Positions 19,436 to 28,611 of a stretch of DNA of 64,000 bases are shown here, piece by piece. The stretch is from an uncultured Desulfospira sp. (GTDB lineage Bacteria > Desulfobacterota > Desulfobacteria > Desulfobacterales > Desulfobacteraceae): positions 5,056,001 through 5,120,000 of the forward strand of contig OY760175.1 of assembly GCA_963663165.1 (NCBI GenBank), read 5' to 3'. The notes under the pieces were generated by a model. The model made no database searches. It had not been told where the DNA came from and saw only the letters and a program-made list of their open reading frames with translations. The translations under genes and the position numbers were made by a program. Positions within the stretch are counted from its first letter, which is position 1. Each line of letters begins with the position of its first letter.

Positions 19436-20284
19436 ATGAGACGTTTAACCGGTCTGCTGTGCGCACTTTTGTTTATTGCTGTTCCAAACGGTGTTCTGGC
19501 GAGCAATGCAAGAGACTATATCCCCCTGCCGGCGGGAACCAAACTGGTCAACCTGTACTATGACATGTCCTTTGGTGATGAACTTTACCAGGATTCCGAT
19601 AAGGTGACCAGCGGCATGGATATGGACATTAATCTCGGTGTCCTCAGGCCCATTTATTATACCGAAATTGGCGGTATGATCGTCGCGCCCCAATTTATCC
19701 TGCCCTTTGGCAAGGCCGGGCTCAACGGCGAGCAGTCCAGCGGTCTGAGCGATCTGTTGCTGGCCTGTGCCATTTTTCCCATAAACGACATGCAAAACAA
19801 GTTTTTCCTGGCCTACATGCCCTTTCTTACGGTTCCCATTGGTGAGTATGACCGGGATAAACTTGTTAACCTCGGCAACAACCGCTGGGCCACCAAGCAT
19901 GAGCTGGCGGTGGGCAAGGGCTTTGGTGAGAAAGTCTGGCTGGAGTGGGTCAGCTCGGTGGAATTTTTCTTTGACAATGACGATGCCGGTGCCCGGTCAG
20001 TGGACTTGGCCAGGGATGAACTGTACAAATCAGAATTACACCTGAGCTACAGCTTTACCAAACGGTTCTTTGCCTCGGTGGATTACTATTTCGCCTATGG
20101 CGGAGAAACCGAGCTTGACGGCGTCAGCCAGGACGACAAGCTCCGGACCCATACCATGGGGATGTCTTGTTTTTTCATGCTCAATGACAATACCCAGGCC
20201 ATGGTCGATTTCCGGCGGGATCTGGATGTAAGGTGCGGCATTAAAACCAGTGAGATAACCTTCAGACTGGCCTACCTGTTTTAA
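19436..20284 (+). CDS. Outer-membrane beta-barrel channel, phenol MetA-pathway (SphA/QbdB-like) family
   Basis: Signal peptide, ARDYIPLPAGT, PIGEYD..LVNLGNNRW, C-terminal aromatic RLAYLF. Confidence 0.8.
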   Translation: MRRLTGLLCALLFIAVPNGVLASNARDYIPLPAGTKLVNLYYDMSFGDELYQDSDKVTSGMDMDINLGVLRPIYYTEIGGMIVAPQFILPFGKAGLNGEQSSGLSDLLLACAIFPINDMQNKFFLAYMPFLTVPIGEYDRDKLVNLGNNRWATKHELAVGKGFGEKVWLEWVSSVEFFFDNDDAGARSVDLARDELYKSELHLSYSFTKRFFASVDYYFAYGGETELDGVSQDDKLRTHTMGMSCFFMLNDNTQAMVDFRRDLDVRCGIKTSEITFRLAYLF

Positions 20285-20324
20285 CTATAACCACCGGCTA
20301 AAAAAACGGCATTCTCCACCGGTT

Positions 20325-20360
20325 AAAAGAATCCGTCAATTCCCATTGACGGGTTCTTTT
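20325..20360. terminator. Bidirectional intrinsic terminator
   Basis: AAAAGAATCCGTCAAT-TCCC-ATTGACGGGTTCTTTT between convergent genes. Confidence 0.8.
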
Positions 20361-20377
20361 TAAAAACCAACAGAAAA

Positions 20378-22483
20378 TCAGGTCTCTGCAGGCAGGGATA
20401 AAGTGACTTTTGTTCCCTGTCCCACGGCGGAATCAAAAGAGAGGGTGCCTTTGTGTTCTTTTAAGATAGCCGTGCATACACTCAGGCCCAACCCGGTTCC
20501 GCCGCTGTTGGATTTGGTGGTAAAAAACGGCTCGGAGATCCGGGGGATATGGTCCGGGCGAATTCCGACGCCATTGTCGGTAATCCACAGCAGAACAAGG
20601 TTCTTCTCGGAATCAAAAGCGGTTTCAATTAAAATCCGGCCGTCTTTTTCAGTAAGGGCCTGGAGTGAATTTAAAACCAGGTTGACCACCACCTGTTCCA
20701 GCCGCTGAAAATTTCCGGGCACCGGGGGCAACGGGTCCAATAACCGCTTTAAGACAATCACCGTCCGGTTTTTGAGCTGGGTGGAGACCAGGGTCAAGGC
20801 CGTCTGGATTACCTCGTTGAGATTCACCGACTGCAATTTGGTCTGTTCGTCCCTTCGGGCAAAGCTTTTCATGTTTTTGACAATTTTGCGGATTCGCTGG
20901 GAACCGGCTTCGATTCCCTCAAAAAGCACGGGGATTTCTTTGGACATTTCCGAATACGGGACATTGGCAATAAGAAAGTCCCCGCAGGCGTCATGGTACT
21001 TTTTTAAAATACCCGATATATCGTCCCAGGCTTTTTTGAGGATGGGGGCGTTCAAGGCTATAAAATTATTGGGATTGTTTATCTCATGGGCCACTTCTGA
21101 GGCAAGGACGCCCATGGAGACCATTTTATCGGCTTCCACCAGCTGGCGCATCCGGGTTTCGGCCTTTTCTTCCGCGGCCTTTTTTTCGGTTATATCAACG
21201 CCGATGGAGACAATATGGGTGCGGGGTTTGATGCTGTCGGCCATAATGCTGTTGGTCCAGGAGATCAAGCGGCGCTCTCCGGTTCGGGTGACAATCATAT
21301 TCTCAAAGGAAGAGGGGAAATCGATATCCTGGGCATGGGGAAACATGTTCCTCATTTTATCCCGGCTGTTCCGGGCCATCCCGATCTCCCAGACATATTT
21401 GCCGATAACCTCGTTCCGGTCATACCCGGTCAGGCGCTCGCAGGTTTTATTGAACCTCACGATCTGTCCGTACCGGTCCATGACCATGATCAAAGGCCCG
21501 GCATTGTTCAATACGGCCAATGTAAAGTTTCGCTCTTCGCGCAGCCGCTCATCGGTCTTTTTGCGATGGATCTCTGCGGCCAGACGGTTGGCAATGGTGC
21601 CGAGCCGTTCCATGGTCAGATCTGTTTCCATGCGTTGAATCACATCCACCAGAACAATGGCGCCGATGACCTGTCCCTGGATTTTCATGGGAACCGCCAG
21701 AACCGTTTCTGCCCCGTGTTCTTTCAAATAGTATTGGTCGAACCGGTTTGTGGTGCTCAGCCCGGAAATATTTAAACTTTCACCGTTTTCCATTACGATT
21801 CCGGTAAAGGTCCGGGAAACGGACAGGCTGTCCAGTGTCGGAAAATTCCCATTCAGATCGGTTCCCCCAATGGCGATAATTTCATCAGGATGTTCTCCGC
21901 ATAGGGTAATGACCCCATAGGCATAAGCGAATCTGGACAGAATATGCCCGATTAATTTTTTGCAAATCCTCTGCAAGCGGTCCTCTTCGTGAAAGAGTTC
22001 ACTGATCCGGTTGAGGATATCCATAACACTGTACCGGTTTTTCAGGTTGGAAATATCCTGGGCCACAAACATTCTGCCGGGCAGAATGTCTCCGTTTTGA
22101 AATATAGGATAGGTCCGGGTATAAAAAAGACGACCGCTAAAGGGATTGTTTTCAATGGCCTCGGCCCTGTTGGAATGCAGCCCCATGATGACCGGGCAGC
22201 CGTCGCAGGGTTCTGCAAGCTTGCAGCTGACCTCGAAAAACGGTCTGCCAACCATTTGTTCCGGTGTTAATCCATGATCTGCTGCAGCGGCGTAATTGGC
22301 CCACAGCACTTTCAAATTCTGATCATAGTAGATGATGAAATCAGGCATGGCGTCCAGAAGGGACCTGAAGGGGGTTTCATCAAGCTCAGGGCCGGTAAAG
22401 TGGTCTCCTGTCTCAGGGGCAGGGGTATAAAAGCAGGCTGAATCTAAAACACAACCCTGGGCTGGATTATCAAATTTGGCCAT
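20378..22483 (-). CDS. PAS-GAF-PAS sensor histidine kinase (NtrB-like)
   Basis: H-box VAHEINNP, N-box QVVVNLVLNS, DNGVGI, EPFFTTK, GTGLGL; start taken at MAKFDN behind a GGAGGG RBS. Confidence 0.92.
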   Translation of the reverse strand: MAKFDNPAQGCVLDSACFYTPAPETGDHFTGPELDETPFRSLLDAMPDFIIYYDQNLKVLWANYAAAADHGLTPEQMVGRPFFEVSCKLAEPCDGCPVIMGLHSNRAEAIENNPFSGRLFYTRTYPIFQNGDILPGRMFVAQDISNLKNRYSVMDILNRISELFHEEDRLQRICKKLIGHILSRFAYAYGVITLCGEHPDEIIAIGGTDLNGNFPTLDSLSVSRTFTGIVMENGESLNISGLSTTNRFDQYYLKEHGAETVLAVPMKIQGQVIGAIVLVDVIQRMETDLTMERLGTIANRLAAEIHRKKTDERLREERNFTLAVLNNAGPLIMVMDRYGQIVRFNKTCERLTGYDRNEVIGKYVWEIGMARNSRDKMRNMFPHAQDIDFPSSFENMIVTRTGERRLISWTNSIMADSIKPRTHIVSIGVDITEKKAAEEKAETRMRQLVEADKMVSMGVLASEVAHEINNPNNFIALNAPILKKAWDDISGILKKYHDACGDFLIANVPYSEMSKEIPVLFEGIEAGSQRIRKIVKNMKSFARRDEQTKLQSVNLNEVIQTALTLVSTQLKNRTVIVLKRLLDPLPPVPGNFQRLEQVVVNLVLNSLQALTEKDGRILIETAFDSEKNLVLLWITDNGVGIRPDHIPRISEPFFTTKSNSGGTGLGLSVCTAILKEHKGTLSFDSAVGQGTKVTLSLPAET

Positions 22484-22912
22484 GTCCCTCCCCCCCTTTT
22501 TTTGCAACGGGCTCAATTATATGATTGTTCTGGGGGTTGCGGCATCCTTACATGAAGGAACAGTAAGGGCACAAACGGGGTTCAGGCAGCAGCTTTTTTC
22601 AGGGTGCCAACGCCTCCAGGTCTTGGTATTATCAGTCATCTATAAACAGGTAAAAAGACGGGGCCTAATGGTTCTCATTGCCGGCATTTCCAATAAAGGC
22701 AAAGACCCGGCCGGACCTTTTTCCCTGTATGCATAGACGGGGATATCATAGATATTACATCAATGACAAGCGGTTTACCTGATTAGGGGATTAGGCTGGT
22801 CTATGGCTGCGCATCTTTTCAGCCTACCCCCAGGGCGATCACATTATGTAAAATTGAATTAAATTTTTAATATAATTGAATCTTGGATTATCATATTACA
22901 GGTGATGGTGGT

Positions 22913-22981
22913 GTAGGGGCAATTCATGAATTGCCCACGTAAAGGTTATTCATAAAAGGGCGATTCATGAATCGCCCCTAC
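22913..22981. repeat. REPIN-like inverted pair of GTAG-type REPs
   Basis: GTAGGGGCAATTCATGAATTGCCC and GGGCGATTCATGAATCGCCCCTAC. Confidence 0.75.
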
Positions 22982-23020
22982 GACCGACCCACCACCACCT
23001 CATCCGGTCTCCTTTTCTAA

Positions 23021-23815
23021 TCAGATCTTGTTTGACGCAATGACCGCCGCGCCTAAGGCACCGATAACCTGGGGGTCAATGTCATCGGGGAAACTGACAA
23101 ACTCCTGTCCAAGGGTTTGTTTGAGCATCTCCACAACCCCGGTGTTCTTGGCCACCCCGCCGGTGACAACGATTTCTTTTTCCACCCCCACCCTCCGGGC
23201 CAGTGTTTTAAGGCGGTTGGCCACAGATTTGTGCAGCCCCTTGATAATGGAGGGCAACGGGACCTCTTCATTGACCAGGTTAATCACTTCCGATTCAGCA
23301 AATACGCTGCACATGCTGCTGATCAATGCGGGTTCACCGTCCTGGAAATGCAGGTTAGCCATCTGCCGGATATCCATGTCCATGGTCCGGGCCATGAAGT
23401 CTAAAAACCGCCCGGTGCCGGCGGCACATTTATCGTTCATGGCAAATTCCCGGAGGTTGCCCGAAGGGTCAACCCCGATGGCCTTGGTATCCTGGCCGCC
23501 GATATCAATGATGGTCCTGACGTCCGGCAGAAGGTAATGGGCCCCCCGGGCGTGGCAGGAAATTTCAGAGGTGTTTTCATGGGCAAAGTCAACCTTGGCC
23601 CGGCCGTATCCGGTGCCCACGATGTATGATACCCGGCCGCTGTCTATTTTGGCGGCATCAAGGGCTTTTTGGAACACTTCCCTGGCGGTCTTGGACGGGT
23701 TAACGGTGCTGGGTCCGATATAGGCGGCGACAATGTCTCCATCGGCCATTACCACGGCCTTGCTGGCGGTGCTGCCGATGTCAATGCCGACGGTAACCGT
23801 TGATGAACTGGGCAC
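23021..23815 (-). CDS. CoA-substrate-specific enzyme activase (HgdC/BadF-type ASKHA ATPase with [4Fe-4S])
   Basis: GIDIGSTASK, IDIGGQDTK, MNDKCAAGTGRF, SMCSVFAESE, TGGVAKN. Confidence 0.93.
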   Translation of the reverse strand: MPSSSTVTVGIDIGSTASKAVVMADGDIVAAYIGPSTVNPSKTAREVFQKALDAAKIDSGRVSYIVGTGYGRAKVDFAHENTSEISCHARGAHYLLPDVRTIIDIGGQDTKAIGVDPSGNLREFAMNDKCAAGTGRFLDFMARTMDMDIRQMANLHFQDGEPALISSMCSVFAESEVINLVNEEVPLPSIIKGLHKSVANRLKTLARRVGVEKEIVVTGGVAKNTGVVEMLKQTLGQEFVSFPDDIDPQVIGALGAAVIASNKI

Positions 23816-23827
23816 AATATCCTCCTT

Positions 23828-25144
23828 TTATTTGGCGTTTTTTCTGGGTAAGACAATGTCATGTGCAAATCTGCGGAATTCTTCTTTGAGGTCTTCTTCG
23901 GACTTTACCCGGGGATCAAACATGTCATAGGCAAAGCTTAAAAGGGGAATATCTGCCTTTCGCATGGCTTCCTTGAGCAGGCCGATGAGTCCCCAGGCAT
24001 GCTTGCAGCCCATGTGCCCTGCGAAAATGGCACAATCGGCATTGAATTCATGGACCACGTTGATCAGATCGTCAATATACAAATCGGCGTTGCCTTTGAA
24101 CTGGCGGGACATGGGCATCACGATGGTCAGTTTTCGGGCAAGGCTGGTCAGGATCGCCTCAGGGCTTGAGGTGTCCAGATAGGCCTCGGGCGTGACATAT
24201 CCGAACAGGTCCATGGGGACCACCATGTCCAGTTCTTCTTCCATCCAGTCATAAAAGGGAAGGTTCCACCAGATGGGGTCATGAAACCAGATGGCCCGTA
24301 TTTTTTCATCGTTCTTTGTGGCCTTTTTGCCGGCCTGGGCCCGCTCCTTGGCATCGGCCGCCCATTCCGAGGCCAGCCATGTGCCGGCCGGGGTCCCGGA
24401 CAGGGTGTTCTGGATGATAAAACCGAAGGTCACCACCCGGCCCAGCTGAGGACAGGGCAGTTTTGTGCGGTAGTTAGACCATTCCAGCAGGTGTTCCACC
24501 ATTTTATTGCTCTCTTCGCAAATGGCCTTGAGGCGGTCCCAGTCCAGTTTTTTGCCGGTTACCCGTTCCAGGTATTTGATCTCTTCCTTTAACTGGGAGG
24601 CAATAAATTGAATCTCCCGGTCACCGGCGTAATAAGGAACATCCAGGATAAAGGGATCTTTTTTCATGATGGACCGGAACCCCTCGGCCGCCACCATCTG
24701 GCTGTCACAGGGGGTGTTCACGAAAATGCCGCCCAGGGGGGGCGGGGTCAAATTTTTAAGCATATACCCCAGGGCCAGCCGGTCTGCGGAACAGACATCC
24801 ACGGCCAGGGCATTGGCTTCGGTCAGGTCCATGACATCCATATTGATCTGATTGTCGCCGTACCAGCCCTGGAGTCCGCCAAGGGCTTCAAATCCCAAGG
24901 GTGCCACAGACCCCTCTTCCCCTAAGGCAAATACCAGTTCAGGAGAGTTTCCCAGGTTGGTATAGATAAAGGGAACCTGGTCCATCTGCAGCTGTACCAG
25001 GCCCTCCACAAGCCCCTTGGTCACGGTGAGCCAGGCGTTCCAGGCCCGGGAATCCGGATTGCCCTGATGTTTTTTGATTTCTGAATTGATACCGGAATAG
25101 ATGGTTTCCAGTTCGGTGGGGACATCAAGTCCTAAAATTGCCAT
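23828..25144 (-). CDS. 2-hydroxyacyl-CoA dehydratase / benzoyl-CoA reductase-like subunit (HGD-D family)
   Basis: Spaced Cys motifs DVCS, TPCD, GCKH; LERVTGKKLDWDRL; start MAILG with GGAGGG RBS. Confidence 0.85.
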   Translation of the reverse strand: MAILGLDVPTELETIYSGINSEIKKHQGNPDSRAWNAWLTVTKGLVEGLVQLQMDQVPFIYTNLGNSPELVFALGEEGSVAPLGFEALGGLQGWYGDNQINMDVMDLTEANALAVDVCSADRLALGYMLKNLTPPPLGGIFVNTPCDSQMVAAEGFRSIMKKDPFILDVPYYAGDREIQFIASQLKEEIKYLERVTGKKLDWDRLKAICEESNKMVEHLLEWSNYRTKLPCPQLGRVVTFGFIIQNTLSGTPAGTWLASEWAADAKERAQAGKKATKNDEKIRAIWFHDPIWWNLPFYDWMEEELDMVVPMDLFGYVTPEAYLDTSSPEAILTSLARKLTIVMPMSRQFKGNADLYIDDLINVVHEFNADCAIFAGHMGCKHAWGLIGLLKEAMRKADIPLLSFAYDMFDPRVKSEEDLKEEFRRFAHDIVLPRKNAK

Positions 25145-25223
25145 TTCACTCCCTCCTGTGCAAAATTCCAGCGGTTCTGAATTTTTTTTTATATGAAACA
25201 CTCAGCAACCTGTTGAGTGCTTG

Positions 25224-25371
25224 CAATATTTGTTGTGGGCAGTTCTTGGTTGGATAACCAAGGCGGCCCGTGGCCGTTATATAAAAGTCTCACTAACGTC
25301 CTGAGAAGACTTTCATTATTCGTTGTGGACCGGTCCTTGGCTGGATAACCAAAGACGGTCCGTGACCGTTA
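25224..25371 (+). repeat. Repeat family B, two tandem units inside the dehydratase operon
   Basis: TTGTGG..CTTGG(T/C)TGGATAACCAA..CCGTG.CCGTTA twice, separated by hairpin AAAGTCTCACTAAC..AGACTTT; also at 58008-58138 and 59796-59888. Confidence 0.85.
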
Positions 25372-25431
25372 GTCATGAATTTTAATTTCCATTTGGTCCG
25401 GCCGCCCTGTCCGGCGGCGTCAGCCTATGGC

Positions 25432-26577
25432 CTATCTCAAGGCCCCGCTTTCAAGGCTCTCGATAAAGGCCTGCACACGGGTATTGATCTGGCCGTACCC
25501 CCTGGACAGGTATTCCCGGTCAAGAATCAGCAAGGGGGTGCCGTCCGACTTTGCCTTCCGGTTAAACACAAAGGTGTGACCCGAGTTGAGAATGCAGTGA
25601 TTGAGCCGTTGAACAATATATCCGTTGGTGTTGTAGTCTGGGCTGATTTTTTTAAGGTTTTCGTACCGCTTGTCCATACTGGCTTCCATCCGGGCACAGG
25701 GCATTCTGAAAAAGTAGCGCTGAGCAATGCTGGTGAGGGGATCGCCGTCTTCAGCCACCGGTTCTTCATAATACCGGGCACCAAAACAGGTATCTTCATA
25801 AACCACAAGGGCGCCCTGGTTTTCGATGGCGGCCACCAATTCAGGTTCATCCATTTCACCGCCGGTGATGGCCAGCCGCGCCCGGATTTTGCGGGTTTCT
25901 CCCGGTGCGGTTTCAAGGGCCTTGAGCAAGTCTTCAAGCAGGCGGTTGTACGGTTCAAGGGGCATTACCTGGGCCGCAATGGTCACGGCACTGGCCTGGG
26001 CACCGGTAAGGGGCGGATCGGGCCGTTTTAAAAGGTCATGGAGAAAGGACAGATTCTTTCGAACCCCATTGTGAATCTTGATGGCTTTGGACAGTTTTTC
26101 AGGATCAATTTTAACGTCAAAATGGGCTTGAAGGGCGACCACCAGGTTCTTTAACTCCTCAAGGTAAAAGGCAAAGTTATTCTGATCCTGGGTGCGGGGA
26201 ACCGAAATAACCCTGCAAAACTCGGTGTCTGTCTTCTTTTCCCAGATATCATAGGCCCTTCTGCTCTGATCACACCCGTTGGTGGCCACAAGGGCGTCAA
26301 TAAACCCGAACCGGCCGTCCAGGGCCAGGTTGGACGTGTGCCGGATAAAGGAACACAGATAGGGGCTCAGATAGACATCGGCATCGGCGGTGTCCTCGCT
26401 GCCGGCCCCCCGGATCCGGTAAGGCGCCATGCCCGCAGCCGTGAAAATTTCCCCCGGCACAAGAGAACAATAGCATCCCGCCACTTTGCCCCCGGAAGAT
26501 ATCCACTCGGCCATATGGGGGTTAAGCGGCTGTTCCAGGGCATCTTGAAAAATCTGGATGATCTCGTCTTTTTCCAT
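25432..26577 (-). CDS. 2-hydroxyacyl-CoA dehydratase / benzoyl-CoA reductase-like second subunit (HGD-D family)
   Basis: VPGEIFTAAG, YLCSF, NGCDQ, DTCFGAR, GQINTRVQAFIE; GGAGG RBS. Confidence 0.87.
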   Translation of the reverse strand: MEKDEIIQIFQDALEQPLNPHMAEWISSGGKVAGCYCSLVPGEIFTAAGMAPYRIRGAGSEDTADADVYLSPYLCSFIRHTSNLALDGRFGFIDALVATNGCDQSRRAYDIWEKKTDTEFCRVISVPRTQDQNNFAFYLEELKNLVVALQAHFDVKIDPEKLSKAIKIHNGVRKNLSFLHDLLKRPDPPLTGAQASAVTIAAQVMPLEPYNRLLEDLLKALETAPGETRKIRARLAITGGEMDEPELVAAIENQGALVVYEDTCFGARYYEEPVAEDGDPLTSIAQRYFFRMPCARMEASMDKRYENLKKISPDYNTNGYIVQRLNHCILNSGHTFVFNRKAKSDGTPLLILDREYLSRGYGQINTRVQAFIESLESGALR

Positions 26578-26587
26578 GTAAACCTCC

Positions 26588-27349
26588 TTAATTTGGGATC
26601 AAAAAATGAACCATCTGCCGGACTGATTTCAATACGGGTGAATCCGGTGCCAGATCGAAAATGGGTTTGCCCAGGGTATCGTTGTTTCTTAAGACATCAT
26701 CTTCGGGAACGGTTCCCCACACCGGAATGCCGGTATGGGCCATCTGCTCTAAAATGGGGGCATGCTCCTGTTCCCGGAACCGGTTGAAAACCATGCCCAC
26801 AGCGGTTTCCATCTTCATCTGGGAGGTCATTTCACGGATCAGTTCCAGGGAGTGCAGGCTTCGGCAGGAGCCGTCAATGACCGCCGCAATATGGCTGACG
26901 CCGGCCAGAACCTCCCGGTTGATCTGCTCAAGGCCGGCTTCGGCATCCACGACCACGCAGTCGTAGTTGTCGGCCATCTTCTTGACGGACCGCCGCAATA
27001 AGGTGTTCACCGGACAGAAACAGCCCCGGGTCCGGGACCTGCCCATGGCCATGAAACTGAAGTCCCCGGTTTCAATCAAAGACTCCAGAACCAGGTACTC
27101 CATGGCATCGGCGATCTCTTCGGGTTCGTTCCCGGTCCTGGCCTGGTCAATGATATCCCGGCGGACACTGGCCAGGGTCTTGATGTCGGCTTTGAGTCCG
27201 AGAATAAACGATAAGCCCATGGCCGGGTCCGCGTCGATGGCGAGAACTTCATGACCCATGGCGGAAAGGGTTCTGACCAGTGCGCCGCTGGTGACGGTTT
27301 TCCCCACCCCGCCTTTACCGCAGACGGCAATAATGGTTCCTTTTTTCAT
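26588..27349 (-). CDS. CooC/AcsF-like nickel-insertion ATPase
   Basis: Deviant Walker A GKGGVGKT, DADP, GCFCP (CxC), DAEAGLE. Confidence 0.88.
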   Translation of the reverse strand: MKKGTIIAVCGKGGVGKTVTSGALVRTLSAMGHEVLAIDADPAMGLSFILGLKADIKTLASVRRDIIDQARTGNEPEEIADAMEYLVLESLIETGDFSFMAMGRSRTRGCFCPVNTLLRRSVKKMADNYDCVVVDAEAGLEQINREVLAGVSHIAAVIDGSCRSLHSLELIREMTSQMKMETAVGMVFNRFREQEHAPILEQMAHTGIPVWGTVPEDDVLRNNDTLGKPIFDLAPDSPVLKSVRQMVHFLIPN

Positions 27350-28128
27350 GTCTTTCCTTTGTAAAATTGCGGTGATGATCGTCCATGGTTTTCAACCGCC
27401 TTCCGGCGGGCCGCGGCAACGGCTTCCCTGAGGACGTCACAGGTCGCATTTTCCGGGCAGTCCGTGCAATCCAGGCCGGTTTCACATGCCATTTTATCAA
27501 TGAGTTCTTCCCGGTACCGGTCGCTGCGCTCCCGGGCCTGTCTCTGGGCCACCGGCTTGAACCGTTCAACCCGTTCCCTCTCCCCGGCCGTGAAGATGAC
27601 CTCAGCCTTTTTATGGCCGTGTCCATTGGTTTTTATATGGGTGATGATATGTTGGCCGATGGTGTTCAGGGTGAGCCCGTCAGCCATTGCATCGGCTTTA
27701 AGCCGCAGCCAGATCCGGCCTGAAGTCATCCGGACCATGACACCGTCGATACGGTTGGCGGACAGGACGTGTTTGCTCAGATCCCGTCGGAGGGTTTCCG
27801 TGACTTTGGCCGCACTGGTCAGCAGGATCAGGGAAAGGGAATGCCGTCCGGCAGGCAGTTCAGACAAAGGCTTTCCGATGGTGACCACCCGGCCGTCCTG
27901 TATCAGATCCTCCTGATCCGTGACCATTCCCATGAAAATAGAGGCGGTCGCCGGATGGCCAAGTTCCAGTCCGACGGTATTGGCCGTGATGAAACCGGTT
28001 TGCGGTGCACCGGCCGTGGAGGCCGTGCCGCCGGCTGGCGCGGATGAGACCTGAAGGCCGGCCCCCTCTTTGGCCAGTGCTGCTTCAATTTCCCTGATCT
28101 GCGCTATAAAGTAATCCTGATTCAACAT
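27346..28128 (-). CDS. Truncated acetyl-CoA synthase (AcsB/CdhC) middle-domain-like protein with a C-terminal Cys4 motif
   Basis: ELGHP..S, DLIQDGRVVTIG, DGVMVR..GRIWLRLKADAMADGLTL..IG resemble the ACS central domain; ends with CETGLDCTDCPENATC. Confidence 0.6.
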   Translation of the reverse strand: MLNQDYFIAQIREIEAALAKEGAGLQVSSAPAGGTASTAGAPQTGFITANTVGLELGHPATASIFMGMVTDQEDLIQDGRVVTIGKPLSELPAGRHSLSLILLTSAAKVTETLRRDLSKHVLSANRIDGVMVRMTSGRIWLRLKADAMADGLTLNTIGQHIITHIKTNGHGHKKAEVIFTAGERERVERFKPVAQRQARERSDRYREELIDKMACETGLDCTDCPENATCDVLREAVAAARRKAVENHGRSSPQFYKGKT

Positions 28129-28203
28129 TATGGCTGTCCTGCCGGTTCCGGTGGTTAATCCCCAAATGGTTTAAGGGGCAGCAATGGATATACGGGGATA
28201 TTA

Positions 28204-28219
28204 TGAAAGAAACATGCCA
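28204..28219 (-). promoter_or_regulatory. sigma54-like promoter of the ACS-like/cooC/dehydratase operon
   Basis: Minus strand TGGCATGTTTCTTTCA (good -24, TTTCA variant at -12), ~75 bp upstream of the start. Confidence 0.5.
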
Positions 28220-28526
28220 TGCCTTGCCAAATTAGACGGGATCAGGTGAAATAATATGGGCATTATCCCTGAAAAGTAATGATCATGTGAGGCTGACGGC
28301 CGGACTTGGCTGCCATTAAAAAGATGTTTGAGTGAAGACAAAGAAGACCCCTCAGAGCAAAAGAACAACTTATATTGATACGGCCCTCATGCAACGGAAC
28401 ACCCGGCTTGGTCTGCCGGTTTTCATCTCAGGCCGGAGTGACCGTGACCGGGTCAGCCATGGGCGTCGGGAAAGCTTACACCAGACATCGATTGCCATCG
28501 GGCCGTTTCCGTTAGGTCAGGTGCTT

Positions 28527-28560
28527 ATCAAGATTTCTTGATAGATTAAGAAATCTTGAT
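28527..28560. promoter_or_regulatory. Tandem palindromic enhancer (UAS) candidate
   Basis: ATCAAGATTTCTTGAT-AG-ATTAAGAAATCTTGAT. Confidence 0.65.
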
Positions 28561-28611
28561 CATCCATGAGGCAGGCATACGGCCAAGGTCGGGCATAGGG
28601 CTTTGAAGGGC

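Noticed and set aside
25224..25371. Possible CRISPR mini-array
   Set aside because: Only two long units, the linker is itself repeated elsewhere, and there are no cas genes in the window
26588..28128. Calling this a Wood-Ljungdahl CODH/ACS locus
   Set aside because: No cooS/acsA, corrinoid Fe-S protein or methyltransferase nearby, and the ACS-like protein lacks the A-cluster domain
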